In this document: in pieces, positions 57,560 through 64,000 of the stretch
How the letters are laid out: every line of letters starts with the position of its first letter
How positions within the stretch are numbered: position 1 is the stretch's first letter
Origin: Candidatus Methylomirabilota bacterium
Lineage (GTDB): Bacteria > Acidobacteriota > Terriglobia > Acidiferrales > UBA7541
Length of the DNA stretch: 64,000 nt
Reading direction: 5' to 3'
Assembly (NCBI GenBank): GCA_035569815.1
Contig: DATMMG010000184.1
Location: 4,017 to 68,016 of the forward strand
Notes under the pieces: model-generated
The model's database searches: none
What the model was told of the DNA's origin: nothing
What the model saw: the letters and a program-made list of their open reading frames with translations, nothing else
Made by a program: the position numbers and the translations under genes

Positions 57560-58936
57560 TCAGGTTTCGCTGAAGTCGAAGAGTTTTGGTCGGAGTGTAA
57601 AACCTTTGGTTTTGTAGGCCGCGTAGAGAATTCCCGCCACTAGCCAGAGGATGCCGGCCCATTTGGTCCAGTTTTGCAGGCTGAATAACAATCCAAAACA
57701 GAAGACGAAACCGAAGCCGGGGACGAAGGCGTCCACGAAGAAGTTGCGTTTGCCGGCGTTTTCGGGGCCGAAGGAAAAGTGCAAGAGGGAGACGAGGTTG
57801 ACTCCCATGAAGGCGATCAGCGCGCCGAAGGTGACGATTTCGGCGGCGAGTTCCCACGGAATGGTGAGTACGCCAATGTAAGCGAGGACGCCGACGATCC
57901 AAACGTTGTAAATGGGATTGCCTTTTGTGGGGCTGATGTGGCCGAAGATTTTTTTGGGGAGAACATCGTCTCGGCCCATGCTGAAGAGAAGGCGGGAGGC
58001 GCCGACGTGTCCGGCGAGGCCGCAGGCGATGCTGGAGACGAGGAGCATGATGCCGTAGGCGTGAAACAGCCAGGGACCGCTGGCGGCGCGGGCGACGTCC
58101 ATGAATGCGGTTTCAGGATTCGCATACGTGGAGTAGTCGGGAAGAACGCGCTGCGCCATATATACCTGGAAGCCGCTGAAGAGACCAGTGAAGATGCAGA
58201 CGAGGACGGAAGCGAGGAGGACGTTGCGGCGCGGATTTTCGACCTCTTCCGCGAGGATGGATACGCCGTCGAAGCCGATGAAGACGAGAGCGGCGAGACC
58301 GGTGCCGGAAGCAACGAGGCGATAGTTGAAGGTTTCGGGATTGTAAAGGGGCTTCATAGAGATAAGGCCGGAGAAATGCTGGTGAAGGATGATGTAGCGG
58401 AAGGCCTCGATGAGGAATGCAGCGGTTACAATGACCATGAAGGAGAGGAGAACTTCGTTGGTTCGGGCGGTGAATTTGATGCCCTGGACGGTCATGAAGG
58501 TGATGAGGCCGACGGTGAGGGCGGCGAGGATGGCGAAGGGAATTTTTGGGGCCATGCGCTGGATGGCGAGAACGGCGTAGAGCGCGTTTTGGATGGGCTG
58601 AAAAAGATATTCGAGGAACATGGCCCATCCAACGACGAAGCCGACGTGAGGATTGAGTCCTTTGCTGATGTAGGTGTAGACGGAACCGGAGGAAGGATAG
58701 ACGGTGGCCATGCGGCCAAAGCTGACGGCGGTGACGGACATGGCGACCATGGCTAGCAGCAACGTGGTGACGGCGTGGCCATGGGAGAGGACTTGGGCTT
58801 CGCCGAAGAGCGGGACGGCGGCGATGGGGGACGTGAGGATGACGCCGTAGTAGATGAGGTCCCACAGGCCGAGGACGCGCTTCAGGCGGGGTTGCGCGGG
58901 GGGCGCCGCTTCGAGTGTCCCAGTCGTTGTTTCCAC
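57560..58936 (-). CDS. APC-family permease resembling PuuP/PlaP-type amine importers
   Basis: About 12 TM; LKRVLGLWDL, YPSSGSVYTY, FIGFDGVSILAEE. Confidence 0.88.
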   Translation of the reverse strand: METTTGTLEAAPPAQPRLKRVLGLWDLIYYGVILTSPIAAVPLFGEAQVLSHGHAVTTLLLAMVAMSVTAVSFGRMATVYPSSGSVYTYISKGLNPHVGFVVGWAMFLEYLFQPIQNALYAVLAIQRMAPKIPFAILAALTVGLITFMTVQGIKFTARTNEVLLSFMVIVTAAFLIEAFRYIILHQHFSGLISMKPLYNPETFNYRLVASGTGLAALVFIGFDGVSILAEEVENPRRNVLLASVLVCIFTGLFSGFQVYMAQRVLPDYSTYANPETAFMDVARAASGPWLFHAYGIMLLVSSIACGLAGHVGASRLLFSMGRDDVLPKKIFGHISPTKGNPIYNVWIVGVLAYIGVLTIPWELAAEIVTFGALIAFMGVNLVSLLHFSFGPENAGKRNFFVDAFVPGFGFVFCFGLLFSLQNWTKWAGILWLVAGILYAAYKTKGFTLRPKLFDFSET

Positions 58937-59016
58937 GGCGGCCTCTTTCGGATGCGAAAAGATTTCGGGGCCCGATTGCTTTTCCGAGCGAACAACATAC
59001 GCCGTTCAGGTGTGAC

Positions 59017-59098
59017 GAAGGATCTCGACGCTGGATTCGTGGTCGAATCTTAAGTTGAGATCCTGAGGGGCGCAAAAAACGCGCCCCTCAGGATGACA
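59017..59098. repeat. GAAGGATCTC...GAGATCCT...CAGGATGACA palindromic repeat
   Basis: gttgagatcctgaggggcgcaaaaaacgcgcccctcaggatgaca (59054-59098), same family as 36348 and 44887. Confidence 0.78.
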
Positions 59099-59112
59099 AG
59101 TCAGGGCACACC

Positions 59113-60966
59113 TCAAAAGAAAAAACGTTCCTTCTTGCGCGCGTCTTCGTAGTTTTTGCGGGCGGCGCGAACGGATTCGCGCTCGGAGACTTCGGCGATG
59201 GGGACGTCCCACCAGGATTCGTAGCCGGGGACACGTTCGTCGTAGGAGGTTTCGACGACGACCACGGAGGTGCGGTCCTGTTTGCGTGCCGCGGCGAGCG
59301 CATTGCGAAATTCGTCGTGAGTTTTGGCGCGCGCGGTCCAGGCGCCGAGGCTGGCGGCGTTGGCGGCGAAGTCCACGGGGATTGGGTCACCGTCGTATTT
59401 ATCACCGCGGCGATAGCGGTAGTTGGTGCCCATGCCTTCGTTGCCGCAGCCGCGGCTGAGGCCGCCAATGCTGGAGAAGCCGTGATTGTCGAGGAGGACG
59501 ATGTTGAGTTTGACGCCTTCTTGCAATGACGTGACGATTTCCTGGGCCATCATCAGGTAAGAGCCGTCGCCGACCATTACGTAGACTTCACGATTCGGAT
59601 TGGCCATTTTTGCGCCGAGGCCGCCGGCAATTTCGTAGCCCATGCAGGAGTAGCCGTACTCCATGTGGTAGCCGCCGGGTTGGCGGGTGCGCCAGAGTTT
59701 GTGGAGATCGCCGGGAAGGCTGCCAGCGGCGCAGAGGAGAATGTCGGAGGGTTCGGTGAAGGAGTTGAGTGCGCCGATGACTTCGCCCTGGGAGAGGGGA
59801 GGGGCTTTGCGGACGGCGTAGATGCGATCGACTTCTTTTTCCCAGTCGGCTCTGAAGGTGGCGATGCGGGCGGCGAAGTTTGTTTCGACCTTGTATCCAG
59901 CGACAGCGGATTGGAGTTCTTCGAGCGTGGCTCGGGCGTCGCCAGTTAGCGGTAGAGCTGCGTGTTTGTAGGCATCGAATTCGGCGACGTTGATATTGAT
60001 GAAGCGGACGGCGGGATTCTGGAAGGCGGTTTTGGAGGCGGTGGTGAAATCGGAGTAGCGGCTGCCGATGCCGATGACGAGGTCGGCTTCGCGGGCGGCG
60101 ATGTTTGCGCCGGGCGTGCCGGTGACGCCGACGGCGCCGAGTTGCTGCGGGTGATCGTAAGGGAGGGAACCTTTGCCGGCTTGGGTTTCGCAGACGGGGA
60201 TGCCGGTGGATTCAGCGAAACTTGCGAGGGCGCGGGAGGCTTCGGAATAGAGAACGCCGCCGCCGGCTACGATGAGAGGGCTTTTTGCGCGACGAATTAA
60301 AGCGGCGGCTTGAGCCAGGAGTTCCTTGTCGCAACGGGTGCGAGGAATGATCCAGACGCGCTTGCGGAAGAATTCTTCGGGAAAGTCGAAGGCTTCAGCT
60401 TGCACGTCCTGCGGGAGGCTGAGGGTAACGGCGCCGGTGTCGGCGGGAGAGGTGAGGACGCGCATGGCTTCGGGCAGGGAAGTGAGGAGTTGTTCGGGGC
60501 GCTGGATGCGATCCCAGTAGCGGGAGACGGGCTTGAAACAATCGTTGACGGAGATATCTTGCGTGGAGGGAGATTCGAGTTGCTGGAGAACGGGTGCGAC
60601 GTTGCGGCGGGCGAAGATGTCACCCGGGAGCAATAGAACGGGGACGCGGTTGATGGTTGCGGCGGCGGCGCCGGTGAGCATGTTGGTGGAGCCGGGGCCG
60701 ATGGAAGTGGTGCAGGCGAGGGTGCGAAGGCGGAAGGAAGATTTGGCGAAGGCGGCGGCGGTGTGGACCATAGCCTGTTCATTGCGGCAAAGGTAGTAGG
60801 GGAGGCCGGGGTCTTGTTCGAGGGCCTGGCCCATGCCGGCGACGTTGCCGTGGCCGAAGATGCCGAAGCAGCCTTCGATGAGGCGGTGCTCCTGGGAGTC
60901 ACGGCTGGAAAATTGAGACCGAAGGAAAGCGACGATGGCCTGGGCGACGGTGAGGCGGCGGGTCAT
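59113..60966 (-). CDS. iolD: 3D-(3,5/4)-trihydroxycyclohexane-1,2-dione acylhydrolase IolD
   Basis: GIFGHGN, LLPGDIFA, EYGYSCMGYE, GDGSY ThDP motif, SWWDVP. Confidence 0.96.
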   Translation of the reverse strand: MTRRLTVAQAIVAFLRSQFSSRDSQEHRLIEGCFGIFGHGNVAGMGQALEQDPGLPYYLCRNEQAMVHTAAAFAKSSFRLRTLACTTSIGPGSTNMLTGAAAATINRVPVLLLPGDIFARRNVAPVLQQLESPSTQDISVNDCFKPVSRYWDRIQRPEQLLTSLPEAMRVLTSPADTGAVTLSLPQDVQAEAFDFPEEFFRKRVWIIPRTRCDKELLAQAAALIRRAKSPLIVAGGGVLYSEASRALASFAESTGIPVCETQAGKGSLPYDHPQQLGAVGVTGTPGANIAAREADLVIGIGSRYSDFTTASKTAFQNPAVRFININVAEFDAYKHAALPLTGDARATLEELQSAVAGYKVETNFAARIATFRADWEKEVDRIYAVRKAPPLSQGEVIGALNSFTEPSDILLCAAGSLPGDLHKLWRTRQPGGYHMEYGYSCMGYEIAGGLGAKMANPNREVYVMVGDGSYLMMAQEIVTSLQEGVKLNIVLLDNHGFSSIGGLSRGCGNEGMGTNYRYRRGDKYDGDPIPVDFAANAASLGAWTARAKTHDEFRNALAAARKQDRTSVVVVETSYDERVPGYESWWDVPIAEVSERESVRAARKNYEDARKKERFFF

Positions 60967-61056
60967 GAAGAGATTCTCCTGAGAAGGGGAGCGCGGGACA
61001 GGGAACAAGCTTGAGCGTGAAGTGGCAGGAGAGACTCGGGGAAAAACGCAGGAATC

Positions 61057-61070
61057 TCTAAGCGCTTATC
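61057..61070. promoter_or_regulatory. LacI-family operator upstream of iolD (GATAAGCGCTTAGA on the minus strand)
   Basis: 12/14 identical to the 45297 site, with symmetric changes that keep the palindrome. Confidence 0.62.
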
Positions 61071-61147
61071 GAGTGACTTTCCGGTGAGCTTGCCTGGGTG
61101 GTTTGCGGCCATCGCCCGTCCTCTTGAATTGCGGGAAGTGTACAGCT

Positions 61148-61996
61148 TCAACGCACCAACGGCAATCGCGGATCGAGATCTTTCCAGGTGGATTTCAGCC
61201 AGACATGATTGGGGTCTTCGGTGACGGCCAGGGTGCGGGAAGTTCCCGCGAGGAAATTGAGGTAGTAGACGTCGTAGCCGGGACCGGCGACTACGGGATG
61301 AAAGCCGGAGCGGACGAGTACGGCGTCGCCGTCTTGAGCGCGGACAGTTGTGTCGTGAGAGAGATCGGGGGAATAGAGGCGCTGGAGAGCGAAGCCTTCG
61401 TTCGGACGATTGATGCGGTAGTAGTAGATTTCGTCGAGGTCGACCTCGGCGGGGGGATTGTGGACATCGTGCTTGTGTGGAGGAAAGCTGGACCAGTTGC
61501 CGCCGGGAGTGTAGACCTCGATGACAACGAGTTTGTCGGCGGGGAAGTCCGGGCGGATGATGTCGACGATCTGGCGGGAAGCGTTTCCACCGCCACGGAG
61601 GCCGCTAACGACGTCATTTGGAGTGATCAGCTTGGGCTGAAGTTTCGCATGGGAAGGGACGCGGCACTCGGCAATTTCGCAAACGGTTTCCGCCTGGAAT
61701 GTGACGGAATGATTCGTGGGGAGATACAGGCAATAAGGGAGGCCATCGAAAACATGTTTGCGCTGGCCGATGGAGTGGGGGCCTTCTCCCCAATTCGCGG
61801 TGCAGCGGCCGCCGAGGAGGACGAACGCGGCTTCTTCACCATTCGTGGAGGCGGAATACGTTTCGCCGGGATTCAGACGCCGAGCGGACATGCTCATCCA
61901 TTCCCACTGGACGGCGTCACGGGAGAAGTGCAGCAGTTCGCCGGAGTGGCCTTCGGGGAGAGAGCGAGAATGGACGATGTTCGGAGCTGTGGACAT
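61148..61996 (-). CDS. iolB: 5-deoxy-glucuronate isomerase IolB
   Basis: EVYTPGGNWSSFPPHKHD, EIYYY, GFHP, YYLNFLAG. Confidence 0.96.
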   Translation of the reverse strand: MSTAPNIVHSRSLPEGHSGELLHFSRDAVQWEWMSMSARRLNPGETYSASTNGEEAAFVLLGGRCTANWGEGPHSIGQRKHVFDGLPYCLYLPTNHSVTFQAETVCEIAECRVPSHAKLQPKLITPNDVVSGLRGGGNASRQIVDIIRPDFPADKLVVIEVYTPGGNWSSFPPHKHDVHNPPAEVDLDEIYYYRINRPNEGFALQRLYSPDLSHDTTVRAQDGDAVLVRSGFHPVVAGPGYDVYYLNFLAGTSRTLAVTEDPNHVWLKSTWKDLDPRLPLVR

Positions 61997-62156
61997 GAAG
62001 CACCCCAAGCTGCCCCGGCCGTACGGGAAAGTTAGGCAGCGGTAAAACGGCGGCAGTCGCCAGAGAGTCAAAGCGCTTTGCAGCCCTGAGCAACCGAAGC
62101 CGGACACCGTTCAGAAAGAGCGCTCAAATCAAGAGAAATCCGGGTACGGGCTGCTC

Positions 62157-62175
62157 GCTAACCGGCTAGATTGTA
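62157..62175 (-). promoter_or_regulatory. -10 element TACAAT abutting a candidate LacI operator (GCTAACCGGCTAGA on +) upstream of iolB
   Basis: Operator is 12/14 identical to the 45297 site; -35 is weak. Confidence 0.5.
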
Positions 62176-62252
62176 GCGCAGGTGGGGGAAGATTTGCCAA
62201 TGATCCCGGGGTGGCGGTGTGTATGCGCGGGAGACGGGGTAAGGGGAAGAGT

Positions 62253-62313
62253 TTAACGCTGAGACGCAGAGTTCGCAGAGAAGAGAAGCAACACAGGCTA
62301 AAGCCTGTGCCAC
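62253..62313. repeat. CAGAG repeat plus REP hairpin
   Basis: ttaacgctgagacgcagagttcgcagag; cacaggctaaagcctgtgccac. Confidence 0.8.
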
Positions 62314-62317
62314 TGGG

Positions 62318-62947
62318 TTAGTCGAAGGAGGTGGGCCATTCGGGGTGACGGTGGTGGTCGAACATGTGTTGGATTTGGGTTGGGGTTACGCGGGGGAGGG
62401 AGAGAGGCGGGATGGCGTTTTCGGGGAAGAAGTTCACGGCAGAGGTTTCGATGCTTAGCCTAGGAGCGCCGCCTGTGAGGGCGCAGATGAAGAAGAGTTT
62501 GTAGGCATGGAAAGGATACGGAGGGTGGTCGTGGAGGTTGTGATCGTAGACGGCGGCGAGTTTTTCGGCTTTGGCTTCGTAGCCGGATTCTTCGCGGACT
62601 TCGCGGAGGGCGGCGACGCTCGGCGGGTCGCCGATGTCGGCCCAGCCGCCGGGGAGGGTCCAGGCGCCGTCGTTACGTTCTTTGACGAGGAGGATGCGAT
62701 CGTTGTCGAAGACGGCGGCGCGGACGTCGACTTTCGGAGTGGCGTAGCCGAAATTTTTTTGGAAGAGTTCGATCACGGAATCGATGGATGCGGATTCGCC
62801 GGATGAGGAGAGAATTTCGGCGGCGACTTGGCGGATTTGGGAGAAGCGTTCGAGGTCGAATGGGTCTTTGGCGTAGGTGAGGCCGTTTTGGGAGATGGCC
62901 TGGAGACGTTGGGCCCATTGGAGCCAGAGGGGATTTTTTGTCGGCAT
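62318..62947 (-). CDS. NUDIX hydrolase with N-terminal helical domain (YjhB-like)
   Basis: GYATPKVDVR, LPGGWAD...AALREVREESG Nudix box. Confidence 0.92.
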   Translation of the reverse strand: MPTKNPLWLQWAQRLQAISQNGLTYAKDPFDLERFSQIRQVAAEILSSSGESASIDSVIELFQKNFGYATPKVDVRAAVFDNDRILLVKERNDGAWTLPGGWADIGDPPSVAALREVREESGYEAKAEKLAAVYDHNLHDHPPYPFHAYKLFFICALTGGAPRLSIETSAVNFFPENAIPPLSLPRVTPTQIQHMFDHHRHPEWPTSFD

Positions 62948-63009
62948 CAGTCTGGAGTTCTCACCTGAATCAACTTGCTATCGCGGAAGGAAGAGAAGAA
63001 GAAGGATTT

Positions 63010-63158
63010 TAACACAGAGGGCACGGAGGAAGAGCACCCTTCGGCTTCGCTCAGGGCAGGCAGAGAGCACAGAGAAGAGCGGCCCGCCACGGTCGGCGGG
63101 CCCTCCATCGGGCATTTGGAACGGCGCCGAGCGCCATTCGGGAGAATGGCGTTCCCAG
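63010..63158. repeat. CAGAG repeat with nested 24-nt insert plus two hairpins
   Basis: agagcac[ccttcggcttcgctcagggcaggc]agagagcacagag; ggcccgcc..ggcgggcc; gcgccattc-ggga-gaatggcgt. Confidence 0.78.
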
Positions 63159-63168
63159 CGGGCGCGCG

Positions 63169-63942
63169 TTACGGGGGTGCCATGGCGCGATTGAGGGCGG
63201 AAAGTTCAGCCGGGGTTAGGGGGCGGTTGGCGGATTTGGGGAGGTCGCCGAGGTGGAGAGGGCCGATGGAGACGCGGATTAGACGGAGGACTTCGATGCC
63301 AAGAGCGTCGAACATGCGGCGGATGTGGCGGTTTTTGCCTTGGTCGAGTGTGATTTCGAGCCAGGAATTTTTTTCGCCGGCGCGGAGGAGTGTGGCGCGT
63401 TTGCAGCGGAGGAATTCGTTGCGATCGGGTTCGACACCGCGTTCGAGCGATTCGAGAAGGGACGGATTGGCGAGAGTTGCGATTTGAACATGGTAGGTTT
63501 TGTCGAGATGTGTGGTGGGATCGGTGACGCGGGCGTTCCACTCGGAATCGTTGGTGAAAAGGAGGAGGCCTTCGCTGGCTTTGTCGAGGCGGCCGACGGG
63601 GGCAAGCCAGGTTAAATGCGGAGGCAAGAGGGTGTAAACGGTGTCGCGGCCTTTTTCATCGGCCGCGGTGGTGATGATGCCGCGCGGTTTGTTGAGCATC
63701 AGGTAGATTTTTTCGGCTGGCTTCAGTGCGTGGCCCTGCACCTCGAGGCGATCGGTGCCGAGGCGGACGGGAGTTTCCGGATTTTTCGGTGTGGCGCCGT
63801 TGAGGCGGACTTTCCCTTGGCGAACTAGTTCAAACGCCTGCTGGCGGGAGCAGTAGCCGAGTTTTGAAAGGGCGCGGGCCAATCCAATCTTGCGGGAGGA
63901 ATCGGATTTTGGAGGCGATTTGCGGGCGGGGCGGTGTGTCAC
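63169..63942 (-). CDS. RsuA/RluB-family rRNA pseudouridine synthase with S4 domain
   Basis: GYCSR, LNKPRG, VGRLDKASEGLLL catalytic Asp, GKNRHIRRM, LIRVSIG. Confidence 0.94.
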   Translation of the reverse strand: MTHRPARKSPPKSDSSRKIGLARALSKLGYCSRQQAFELVRQGKVRLNGATPKNPETPVRLGTDRLEVQGHALKPAEKIYLMLNKPRGIITTAADEKGRDTVYTLLPPHLTWLAPVGRLDKASEGLLLFTNDSEWNARVTDPTTHLDKTYHVQIATLANPSLLESLERGVEPDRNEFLRCKRATLLRAGEKNSWLEITLDQGKNRHIRRMFDALGIEVLRLIRVSIGPLHLGDLPKSANRPLTPAELSALNRAMAPP

Positions 63943-64000
63943 GGCTTCACTAGTGCTGCGAGCTAGGACTTTTTGTCGGGTGAAGCGGCATCGGGATGCT

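Noticed and set aside
1-64000. tRNA, rRNA, transposase, integrase or phage genes
   Set aside because: None recognised; the intergenic gaps are short and accounted for by repeats and promoters

Overview
High-GC window with a strongly G-rich + strand, most likely from an Acidobacteriota (Terriglobia-like) genome. This is inferred from the Oar-type TonB-dependent receptor and the flagellar gene order; no marker gene is present. There are three blocks. (1) About 0.9-44.8 kb, + strand: a chemotaxis operon (cheA-cheW-mcp-cheB-cheR-HDOD), a sigma54 regulatory trio (HTH-less activator, FlrB/FleS-like kinase, FlrC/FleR-like activator) and an almost complete basal body/hook/export/switch cluster from flgB to flgL, with fliA/flgM. 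Flagellin, fliD, fliS and motAB are not in it. (2) About 45.4-62.0 kb: a LacI-family-associated cyclitol utilisation locus (TonB-dependent receptor, three dehydrogenases, iolE, iolD, iolB, an atypical transaldolase, an StsC/RifK-like aminotransferase and an amine-type APC permease). (3) NUDIX and pseudouridine synthase genes. Nearly every intergenic gap holds REP-like palindromes or purine-rich short repeats. Best leads: (a) a probable aminocyclitol (inosamine-type) pathway feeding a variant iol route lacking iolC/iolJ/iolA, tied together by a shared 14-bp operator; (b) two MshEN-like (candidate c-di-GMP) modules in the motility system, one replacing the CheA P2 domain and one as a stand-alone protein between fliMN and HDOD-cheY-cheX; (c) a 21-24-nt micro-element inserted cleanly four times inside four different host repeats. 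All calls come from reading motifs by eye; no database search was run.
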